In this document: one piece after another, positions 24,760-32,000 of the stretch
How the letters are laid out: every line of letters begins with the position of its first letter
How positions within the stretch are numbered: position 1 is the stretch's first letter
Translations under genes and position numbers: made by a program
Assembly: GCF_019464535.1 (NCBI RefSeq)
Contig: NZ_CP080507.1
Span: forward strand, 3,540,001-3,572,000
Source of the DNA: Horticoccus luteus
Lineage (GTDB): Bacteria > Verrucomicrobiota > Verrucomicrobiia > Opitutales > Opitutaceae
Direction of reading: 5' to 3'
DNA length: 32,000 nt
The notes under the pieces: generated by a model
The model's input: only the letters and a program-made list of their open reading frames with translations
Told to the model about the DNA's origin: nothing
Databases searched by the model: none

Positions 24760-25191
24760 ATGACTACGCCCGCTTCCTTTTCCGTCGATCATCCGCGCAT
24801 CGTCGCCGCCATCCGCGCGGCTGAGAAACGCACCTCCGGCGAGGTCCGCGTGCTCGTCGCCCGCCGGCCCACCGCCGACGCCGTCGCCGACGCCCAGCGC
24901 CATTTCGAACGCCTGGCCATGACGCAGACCCGCGAACGCAACGGCGTGCTCTTCTTCGTCGCGCCCCGCTCCCGCGCCTTCGCCGTGATTGGCGATACCA
25001 ACATCCACGCCCGCTGCGGCGATTCGTTCTGGAGCGACGTCGCAGCCGCGATGACCGACCACTTCCGCCGCGGCGATTTCACCGGCGGTCTGGAGCATGG
25101 CATCGCGCGCGCCGGGGCCCTTCTCGCCCACGAATTTCCCCGCCAGTCCGACGACCAGAACGAACTGCCCGACGAGATCGAAGAAGACTGA
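24760..25191 (+). CDS. TPM-domain protein (soluble paralog)
   Basis: ATG 24760 lies 1 nt after the upstream stop and is preceded by gggaggaag. Blocks: TSGEVRVLVA...NGVLFFVAPRSRAFAVIGD. 143 aa. Confidence 0.85.
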   Translation: MTTPASFSVDHPRIVAAIRAAEKRTSGEVRVLVARRPTADAVADAQRHFERLAMTQTRERNGVLFFVAPRSRAFAVIGDTNIHARCGDSFWSDVAAAMTDHFRRGDFTGGLEHGIARAGALLAHEFPRQSDDQNELPDEIEED

Positions 25192-25363
25192 CCCGGCGCC
25201 GCGCAGGCTTCGATTGACCGATCCGCGCTGCCCTCGCGGCAGTTTTGTTCCCGTGCCCGCGCCGCCCGCGTGGGCCGCGGCCGCCCGCGTGGCGGCGTTC
25301 GCCCACCCGTAAAACGCGCCAAGCTCTCCTCCATGCAACTGCGCGTCTCGCGCGGCCTCGCAG

Positions 25364-25561
25364 CTATTTTTTCGGCTTCCGGCCCGCGCCCCAAATGAGC
25401 CACGCCGACAGCGCCACCAACAAAATCAGCCACCACAGATACCGGAGTTCGCGCCCCGCCATTTCCACAAATGCAAACGCCGCCGGAAACAAAAAGAGCA
25501 GCAGCCCGATTGCCGCCACGAGCACGACAAACTGCACGATGGCTCGATTGCGCCGGGTCAT
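25364..25561 (-). CDS. Small 2-TM membrane protein (65 aa)
   Basis: ATG 25561 overlaps the upstream SPFH stop as ATGA. It has two hydrophobic helices (IVQFVVLVAAIGLLLFLFPAAFAF and LWWLILLVALSAWLIW) and a basic tail. Confidence 0.55.
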   Translation of the reverse strand: MTRRNRAIVQFVVLVAAIGLLLFLFPAAFAFVEMAGRELRYLWWLILLVALSAWLIWGAGRKPKK

Positions 25562-26445
25562 CGCGGCTTTGCCGGCGGCACGTTCGTGCGCCCCGCGGGA
25601 GCGCTGTGCCGGCGGAGATCTTCGAGCGACAGCAGCATGTCCGCTCCGCTTCCGCCCACCACGAGCGGCGAATGGCCGTTCCAATTCTGCACGATCTGCA
25701 GCTTGATGAAGTCCGGCGTGGCTTTCAATGCCGTGCCCCGCACCGAAATCGCCTCGGCCTCTCCCTTGGCGCGAATGATCGCCGTCTCCGCCTCGATCTG
25801 CGCCTTGAGCTGGAGAAACTTCGCCTTCTCCGCCTCCTGCTCCTGCACCATCTTCATCTCGATCGCCGCGCCGAGCTCCGGCGACAGCGCGAGATTGTAG
25901 ATCACGAGATCCGCCACCACGAGGAAACCCGGGCCGATCTTTTTGCGCGTGAGCTCCAGCGCGCGGGTCTTGATCGCCTCGCGATTCTTCACGATCTGCT
26001 CCGCGCTCTGCGTCGCCGCCACCTCCTTCAACGCCTCCTGCACCCGCGGCGCAATCAACGTGTCAAACGGCTCGCCCGAGTAGTCCTGGAAAATTTTCAC
26101 CACCGAGGCTTCCGGCACGCGGTAAAGCACATGCACTTCCATCGTCACCTGCTGCAAATCCGACGAATAGCACTCCGCCGGCATCGGCCGCGTCTGCTGC
26201 CGGATTGAAATCGGAATGACCTGCGTGACGAACGGTTGCTTGAACCCAAACCCCTCCGGCTTGAACCCCGGCGAGACGGTGCCCAGCGTCACCTCCACGC
26301 CGCGATAACCCGGCTGCACGACATACGTGGTCGACGCCGCCAGCACGACCGCGACAAACACCAGGATCGCGCCGCCGATCAATCGCTTGATCGTGCGCGG
26401 CTCGAAACCGCCATCCTGCGATCCATTAAATTCTGCGCGGCTCAT
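25558..26445 (-). CDS. Prohibitin-type SPFH/band-7 protein, paralog B
   Basis: Start trimmed to ATG 26445, which forms an ATGA overlap with the upstream paralog. N-terminal TM helix, then VVQPGYRGVEVTLG and the coiled-coil block AIEMKMVQEQEAEKAKFLQLKAQIEAETAIIRAKGEAEA. 295 aa. Confidence 0.9.
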   Translation of the reverse strand: MSRAEFNGSQDGGFEPRTIKRLIGGAILVFVAVVLAASTTYVVQPGYRGVEVTLGTVSPGFKPEGFGFKQPFVTQVIPISIRQQTRPMPAECYSSDLQQVTMEVHVLYRVPEASVVKIFQDYSGEPFDTLIAPRVQEALKEVAATQSAEQIVKNREAIKTRALELTRKKIGPGFLVVADLVIYNLALSPELGAAIEMKMVQEQEAEKAKFLQLKAQIEAETAIIRAKGEAEAISVRGTALKATPDFIKLQIVQNWNGHSPLVVGGSGADMLLSLEDLRRHSAPAGRTNVPPAKPR

Positions 26446-27278
26446 TTGCTCTCCTCCTTCGCCATCGCTGCGGCTCCGGTCGTGAAATCGCCCAGCGGCA
26501 GCATCATGTTGGCTCCGGTCGCGCCGGGCCCGACCACCAGCGGCGTCACGCCGTCCCAACGCTCGATCACTTGCAGTTCGAGGACGCTCGGGTTTTCGCG
26601 CAGCGCCTTTCCGCGCAGCACGATCGATTCCGCTTCGCCCTTCGCCTTGATCACGGCCGTGCTCGCTTCCACTTGCGCCTGCTGCTGGGCAAAACGCGCG
26701 CGGGCCGCCTCCTGCTCCTGCACCATTTTCGCCTCGATCGCGTTTTCGAGCGCCCGCGTCAGGTTGATGTCCTCCAGCACGAGATCCTCAATCACGAGCA
26801 CGTCGCCCAATTTCTGCCGCGCGCTCGCCAAAGCCTGGCTTTTGACCTCTTCCCGCTTCTGCACGATCAACTCCGCCGTGCGCCGCGCCGTGATTTCGTT
26901 GAGCGCCTCGGCGACGCGCGGTTTGATCAACGAATCAAAAGCGTCACCCGCATAATCGCGAAAAATCGTCACCACCGACGCCTGCGGCACGCGAAACAAC
27001 ACGCGCACGGCGATCTTCACCTGCTGCAAATCTGAAGAGTAGCAGTCCGCCTCCATCTTTGCCGTCTGCTGCCGGATGAGCTGCGGCGCGATGTGCGTGA
27101 CGAAGGGCAGTTTCATGCCGAAGCCTTCGGGTTTAAAGTTTGGCGACACTTTCCCCAGCGTCACCTCCACGCCGCGGTGGCCGGGCTCGACGACATACGT
27201 CGCCGACGAAGCCGCGATGATCACGATGAAAATCAGGATCGCGCCGACGATCAGGCCGAGAACTGTCTTGGGCTTCAT
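26442..27278 (-). CDS. Prohibitin-type SPFH/band-7 protein, paralog A
   Basis: Start trimmed to ATG 27278. N-terminal TM helix, then VVEPGHRGVEVTLG and AIEAKMVQEQEAARARFAQQQAQVEASTAVIKAKGEAES. This resembles the eukaryotic PHB block VEAKQVAQQEAERARF (recalled from memory). 278 aa. Confidence 0.9.
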   Translation of the reverse strand: MKPKTVLGLIVGAILIFIVIIAASSATYVVEPGHRGVEVTLGKVSPNFKPEGFGMKLPFVTHIAPQLIRQQTAKMEADCYSSDLQQVKIAVRVLFRVPQASVVTIFRDYAGDAFDSLIKPRVAEALNEITARRTAELIVQKREEVKSQALASARQKLGDVLVIEDLVLEDINLTRALENAIEAKMVQEQEAARARFAQQQAQVEASTAVIKAKGEAESIVLRGKALRENPSVLELQVIERWDGVTPLVVGPGATGANMMLPLGDFTTGAAAMAKEESK

Positions 27279-27434
27279 AGCTGGAAAGAATCGCCGAGAC
27301 TCACGTCTGCGCGCGGCAATACAAGCCAATCTGCGCCGTGCGACCCATCGTCGGCCCGACCCTGTCACACGACGCTGAAAACCGACGCCCCGCACGGAAC
27401 CGTGCGCGCGATTTTGCCCGCCGCTTCGCTCGAT

Positions 27435-30400
27435 TCAGCGCGGAAACAATCGTTGCAGCGCGTCGAGACTCTTCAACGGCGCCTTCTTCCCCGCATCAAC
27501 TGGCACGACGCGCGGCACCGGCGGCGGCGTTCCCTTGCTCGTCTTCGCCGCGCCTGCATTCACGGCTTTCCCACCCGGCGCCACTCCGCTCTCCTGCAAC
27601 GCCCGCTGCACTTTCACCACCGACACCGGCTCCGCCGTGCCCAGTTCCTGCGCAAACAAACTCACGCGCAACTCCTCCACGAGCCACCGCACCGGATCTT
27701 CACGACTCCGCTTCGCCACCGCTGCCACGAGCGGCGCCAGCTCCTTCGCCCGCTCCGCATCCTTCGCCGGATTTTTCCGCCAGCGCTCCGCGCGCAGCGT
27801 CATGCCTTTCAAATAGCGCGGGAAATTTTCCAGCCGCGGAAACTCCGTGTGCCGCAGAAAGTCCGCCGGCACCAGTTGCTCCAGTTCCGCCGCGAGTCCC
27901 GCGTAAGGCTGCGGATGCACCAGCAGCGCCTGCCGCAATGTCAGGATCTCCCGCAGCAACGCCACCAGGCGCGGAACCCCCCCCTGCAAATCCGCCCTCG
28001 CCTGCCGCAACGTCGCCGCAAACCCTTCCTCCGTCAGCCGCGGCGGCGTCCGCTCGATCAACCACCGCCGCAGCGCCAGAAACGCATCCGCCTGCAACGC
28101 CTCCGCCGGCGCGATCGACGCCACCAGCGCACCCAACTCCCGCAACCGCCGCAAATCTCGTTCCAGCCAGCCGAGGTCGCGACTCAACGCGTCCTCCAGC
28201 AATCGCGACACGCCACGGCGCGTCTCCCGCTCCGCCTCTTCCGCCGCGCGAAACAGCCGCAGCGCCACGCCGTCCGCCTCCGCGCGCAAACCCGGAAACG
28301 CATAAATCGCCACGCCCGCCTGGTCGCCGATCTGCACGCGGTCCGGCACCGCGCCAAAGGCCCACGTCGCCTGCGCCGGCTTCTCCCAGCGCGCCCGCGC
28401 GCGCCGCCACACCTCCGGCTCCTGCTGGGCCGCGTTCGCGCCCGCCGCGGGTGCGGGCTGTTTCAAAGCCGCGCGCACCTCCGCCAGTTCGCGGCTGCTC
28501 GCCAGTTCGCGCCCCGTGTCGTCATGCACCCGCAACCGCACGCGCAAATGCTCGGGCGGCGGTTTGTCGCTCCAAAAATCCGGCGCCACGCGCACGTTAA
28601 AACGCTCCGCCAGCACAGCCGCGAGTGCCTCGGGCAACGTCTCCCGCCGATCTGTCAACCGATCGCGTTGCGCCACCTGCTCCGACACGCTGCGCACCGT
28701 ATCCGCAAACGGAATCAACACGCGACGCACGTCCTTCGGCAGCACGCCCAAGTAATGCTCCACCTTCGCCGCCAGATGTCCCGGCACCGCCCAGTCGAGG
28801 GCCGCGGGCGTGAGTGCCGCCGCATCGCGCGCATGGACGTCGAGCGTCACGCCATCGTCGGGCTGCCCCGGCTTGTAGGTGTAGGCCAGCGGCAGCACTT
28901 GATTCGTCAACGGCAGCACCGCCGGAAACTCCGCCGCATCGTGTTGCAACGTCTCCGGATCGCGCAGATCGGCGAGCTCCATCATCAAAAACCGCGGCTC
29001 CGTCGCCTGCCGCCGCCGCACCAAATCCACCAGCTCAGCCACGCTGCTGACCCCTTGTTGCGCCGCCCGAACTGTAGGCGGGGTGCCCTCACCCCACTGC
29101 TCCCGCTCCACCGCGTCCCCCCGCAATCGCTCCGCGTAAAACCGATAAAACGCCTCGTCGAGATTCAAAAAACTGCTGTCGCGTGTGCGCGTGAGACTCG
29201 TCTCGACTTGCTCGCGCAACGCCCGGTTGTGCGCGATGAAATCCAGCGGCCACGTGATCGTGTCGTTCACCAAACCTTCGCGAATGAAAATCTCCGTCGC
29301 CCGCACCGGGTCGATCCGCCCGAAACTCACCGCGCGCACATCAAGCTCGAGCCCGTAGAGCCGCGAACGCTGTTTCACCATCACGCGCCCCTTCTCCTCG
29401 TTCCAAAACGGTTCGCTGTGCGACTGCTTGATCAGGTGCGACGCCAGCTCCAGCACCCACGCCGGGTCGAGCCGCGCACACGTGCGCGCAAACAACCGCG
29501 ATGTCTCCACGACCTCCGCCGCCATGATCCACGCCGGCGGTTTCGCCGCCCGCTTCGCCTTCGCCTCGCCGCCCCCGGGCGCCTTCTTCGTGTCGCCACG
29601 GTTCGCCAGCACCGAGCCGGGAAACAACGTCACCCGCCGGTCGTGCGTCGCCTTGTAGATCCGGTTGTCCTCGTCGTAATACGCGATGTTGCCGAGCAAC
29701 CCCGCGAGCACGCTGCGGTGGATCGCGCGATACGCCGGCGTCCCCCACGCCAGCGGATCCTTTCCCCGCTCGCGGTCTGCACCTCTCAGCGGAAGCCGTG
29801 TGGCTTTCGTCTCCTTGCCGCCCTCGCCCGCGGGCGCCACCGGCATGCCATCGGCCACCGAACTCATCCGCAAATTCGCACGCTCGCGCAGCACATCCGC
29901 CAATTGCGCATGCACGTCCCGCCACTCGCGCATCCGCGTGTAACTGAGAAAATGCTCCCGGCAAAACCGCCGCAGTTTGCTCTGCGCCATCGTCTCGAAC
30001 TCGCCGTGATACGCCTCCCAGATGTTGAGCAACGTGAGAAAATCCGAATCGCCGTGCCGGAACCGCCGGTGCGCCGCGTCGGCCGCCGCCTGCTTCTCCA
30101 GCGGACGTTCCCGCGGATCCTGAATCGAAAGGCCCGCCGCGATCACCAGCACTTCGCGCAGACACTTCTCCGTGCGCGCCTGCAAAATCATGCGACCGAC
30201 CGTCGGATCCACCGGCAACCGCGCCAGCTCCCGCCCGATCGCCGTCAGTTCCCGCGTGCCGCTCCCTCCGCCATTTCCACTCGCCGAGCTAGATGTAGGG
30301 CGGGTGCCTTCACCCGTCAGAAGCCTTCCGTGCGGCGGATCCTCCGCGCCCGCCTTCCTCGCGTCGCGCGCCCGTGCGTCTCCGCCGTCCGCCGCGGCTG

Positions 30401-31724
30401 CGCCCTCCTCCGCCAGCGCGCCCAGCTCCTCGAGTAACGCGTAACCGGAGCGGATCGCCTTCGTCGCCGGCGGATTGATGAACGGAAACCGCTCGATGTC
30501 GCCGAGGCCAAACGCCTTCAGCCGCAGAATCACGTCCGCCAGATTCGCGCGCTGAATTTCCGGCTGCGTAAAGCGCGGGCGTTCCAAAAAATCCGCCTCC
30601 GAGTAGAGCCGCACGCACACGCCTTCTGCCACGCGGCCCGCGCGGCCCTTGCGTTGATCCGCGCTCGATTGCGCCACGGGCTCGATCGGCAGCCGCCGCG
30701 TGCGCGCCTGCGGGGAATACCGGCTCAGGCGCGCCAGCCCCGTGTCCACCACGAACCGGATGCCCGGAATCGTCAGCGAGGTCTCCGCGATGTTCGTCGC
30801 GACGATGATCTTTCGCTTCGGCACCGGTGCGAACACTCGCTGTTGCTCCGCGTTCGTCAGTCGCCCGAAAAGCGGCACGAGCTCGCACCCGCGTCCCAGC
30901 GCTCCGTCGAGCGCCTCGCAGGTTTCGCGAATATCGCGCTCGCTCGGCATGAACACCAACACATCGCCCGCCGTGCTGTCGTCGACGATCCGCCGCACCG
31001 CCTCCACCGCGCCGTCGATGTAATGCAACGCCTCCGCCCGGTGGGCCGCGCGCGCGCCCGCATCCTCCGCTCCCGGCTGCTCCTCCGAAAAATCCCCGCC
31101 CAACGCGTCGAGCGGCGCGTAAATCACCTCCACGGGATACGTCCGCCCCGACACCTCGATCACCGGCGCCCCGTCAAACGCCTCGCTGAACATCTGCGTG
31201 TCGATCGTCGCCGACGTGATGATGATCTTCAGCTCCGGCCGCTTGAAACGCAGCGTGCGCAAATGCCCCAGCAGAAAATCGATGTTGAGCGAACGCTCGT
31301 GCGCCTCGTCGATGATGATCGTGTCGTAGGCGCGCAGCAACGGATCGCCCTGCACTTCCGCGAGCAGCATGCCGTCGGTGAGAAACTTGATCACCGTCTC
31401 GCGCGACGTCTGGTCGGCAAAGCGGATCTTGCAGCCCACCTCGCGGCCCCACGCCACGTTAAGCTCCTCCGCCACCCGCTTCGACACCGAGAGCGCCGCC
31501 ACCCGCCGCGGCTGCGTGCAGGCGATCCGCCCCTGCGTGCCGCGGCCCGCGGCGAGACACAGTTTCGGAATCTGCGTGGTTTTGCCCGAACCCGTTTCCC
31601 CCGCGAGAATCAACACCTGCTGTTCCTGCAACGTGGCCACAATTTCCTCCGCCCGCGCGCTGATGGGCAGCTCGGGCGGAAAATCGAGGCGGAACGGAAA
31701 AGACGTTGGAGGATTCGGCGGCAC
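27435..31724 (-). CDS. hrpA: ATP-dependent DEAH-box RNA helicase HrpA
   Basis: 1429 aa with a GTG start at 31724. Motifs: GETGSGKTTQ, IIIDEAHERS, TSATID and QRKGRAGR, then HA2/OB blocks (LPVDPTVGRMILQA, LSIQDPRERP) and a C-terminal WLVEELRVSLFAQELGT. Confidence 0.95.
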   Translation of the reverse strand: MPPNPPTSFPFRLDFPPELPISARAEEIVATLQEQQVLILAGETGSGKTTQIPKLCLAAGRGTQGRIACTQPRRVAALSVSKRVAEELNVAWGREVGCKIRFADQTSRETVIKFLTDGMLLAEVQGDPLLRAYDTIIIDEAHERSLNIDFLLGHLRTLRFKRPELKIIITSATIDTQMFSEAFDGAPVIEVSGRTYPVEVIYAPLDALGGDFSEEQPGAEDAGARAAHRAEALHYIDGAVEAVRRIVDDSTAGDVLVFMPSERDIRETCEALDGALGRGCELVPLFGRLTNAEQQRVFAPVPKRKIIVATNIAETSLTIPGIRFVVDTGLARLSRYSPQARTRRLPIEPVAQSSADQRKGRAGRVAEGVCVRLYSEADFLERPRFTQPEIQRANLADVILRLKAFGLGDIERFPFINPPATKAIRSGYALLEELGALAEEGAAAADGGDARARDARKAGAEDPPHGRLLTGEGTRPTSSSASGNGGGSGTRELTAIGRELARLPVDPTVGRMILQARTEKCLREVLVIAAGLSIQDPRERPLEKQAAADAAHRRFRHGDSDFLTLLNIWEAYHGEFETMAQSKLRRFCREHFLSYTRMREWRDVHAQLADVLRERANLRMSSVADGMPVAPAGEGGKETKATRLPLRGADRERGKDPLAWGTPAYRAIHRSVLAGLLGNIAYYDEDNRIYKATHDRRVTLFPGSVLANRGDTKKAPGGGEAKAKRAAKPPAWIMAAEVVETSRLFARTCARLDPAWVLELASHLIKQSHSEPFWNEEKGRVMVKQRSRLYGLELDVRAVSFGRIDPVRATEIFIREGLVNDTITWPLDFIAHNRALREQVETSLTRTRDSSFLNLDEAFYRFYAERLRGDAVEREQWGEGTPPTVRAAQQGVSSVAELVDLVRRRQATEPRFLMMELADLRDPETLQHDAAEFPAVLPLTNQVLPLAYTYKPGQPDDGVTLDVHARDAAALTPAALDWAVPGHLAAKVEHYLGVLPKDVRRVLIPFADTVRSVSEQVAQRDRLTDRRETLPEALAAVLAERFNVRVAPDFWSDKPPPEHLRVRLRVHDDTGRELASSRELAEVRAALKQPAPAAGANAAQQEPEVWRRARARWEKPAQATWAFGAVPDRVQIGDQAGVAIYAFPGLRAEADGVALRLFRAAEEAERETRRGVSRLLEDALSRDLGWLERDLRRLRELGALVASIAPAEALQADAFLALRRWLIERTPPRLTEEGFAATLRQARADLQGGVPRLVALLREILTLRQALLVHPQPYAGLAAELEQLVPADFLRHTEFPRLENFPRYLKGMTLRAERWRKNPAKDAERAKELAPLVAAVAKRSREDPVRWLVEELRVSLFAQELGTAEPVSVVKVQRALQESGVAPGGKAVNAGAAKTSKGTPPPVPRVVPVDAGKKAPLKSLDALQRLFPR
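29073..29097 (+). repeat. REP-like element, copy C (inside hrpA, antisense to it)
   Basis: tGTAGgcggggtg-ccct-caccccac. Read in frame by hrpA as WGEGTPPTV. Confidence 0.6.
30294..30318 (+). repeat. REP-like element, copy D (inside hrpA, antisense to it)
   Basis: tGTAGggcgggtg-cctt-cacccgtc. Read in frame by hrpA as TGEGTRPTS, within a low-complexity segment. Confidence 0.5.
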
Positions 31725-31803
31725 GCAGCTCGGGATTGGTCAGCGTCAAGAAGCGAAGTGCAGCTTGCGAACGCAAGCGAGCGTGGCATGCAAACAGGTT
31801 CTC

Positions 31804-32000
31804 ATGGTGAAGACGCCTCCGCTGCTGCCCGTCGAAGTTCTCTCCCGCGTCTTGCGAACCGCGCGGGTCAATGGCGCCAGCGTGCTGGTCATCGCCGGCG
31901 GCCTCGCACTGCTCTCCGCCGCGATTCGCGATGAATTTGGCACCATGGTGGGCCTCCTCGTCGCTGCCGCCGGGGCGATCGAGCTCCACGGAGCCGGCCT
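31804..32000 (+). CDS. 5' part of a membrane protein gene (runs off the window)
   Basis: ATG 31804, open to the window end (65 codons), with strongly G/C-biased third positions. Translation MVKTPPLLPVEVLSRVLRTARVNGASVLVIAGGLALLSAAIRDEFGTMVGLLVAAAGAIELHGAG has two hydrophobic stretches. It is divergent from hrpA. Confidence 0.45.
   Translation, partial: MVKTPPLLPVEVLSRVLRTARVNGASVLVIAGGLALLSAAIRDEFGTMVGLLVAAAGAIELHGAG

Noticed and set aside
27093-30437. 1114-aa + strand ORF, plus 27338..28600 and 30654..31934, opposite hrpA
   Set aside because: The translations are Arg/Pro/His/Gln-rich low-complexity strings with no recognisable motif. They lie antisense to a helicase gene whose motifs are intact along its whole length. 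This is typical shadow-ORF behaviour in high-GC DNA.
27435-31724. hrpA plus the SPFH genes as a helicase-based defence locus
   Set aside because: The helicase is a canonical full-length housekeeping HrpA with matching N- and C-terminal blocks. A 156-bp gap separates it from the SPFH genes. No nuclease or methylase partners are present.

Overview
High-GC chromosomal segment from a Gram-negative bacterium (TonB-dependent receptor, KdsB, lipoproteins). It may be Verrucomicrobiota/Opitutales-like, but that is unverified. All family calls come from reading motifs in the supplied translations; no database search was run. I support about 30 CDS, mostly housekeeping: TonB-dependent receptor, KamA-family radical SAM enzyme, carA, kdsB, ptsH, TatD, M32 carboxypeptidase, an ABC ATPase, dienelactone hydrolase, a CBS protein and hrpA. 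Many ORF-track starts were trimmed to internal ATGs that give clean N-termini. Several items are less ordinary. (1) At 1394..2869, a YpsA/SLOG-like nucleotide-sensor domain is fused to two tandem 2-TM SLATT/DUF4231-like modules. It sits divergent to a PRiA4b-ORF3-like gene and is my best candidate for an uncharacterised conflict or signalling effector. (2) A TPP riboswitch with its own terminator controls the TonB-dependent receptor. (3) Two tandem ~140-nt sRNA-like paralogs lie in an A/T-rich spacer, and G-U versus C-A pairing assigns them to the minus strand. (4) A REP-like element (GTRG plus an 8-bp GC palindrome) has four same-orientation copies, two embedded in frame inside hrpA at apparent lineage-specific inserts. 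(5) A translationally coupled pair of prohibitin-type SPFH genes is followed by a 65-aa 2-TM ORF. (6) Also present are a LemA-TPM-TPM operon, tandem DUF4097 beta-helix paralogs with an 18-aa period, and vapBC with palindromic operators. I found no CRISPR array, rRNA, tRNA or transposase. The long Arg/Pro-rich antisense ORFs are treated as high-GC shadow ORFs.
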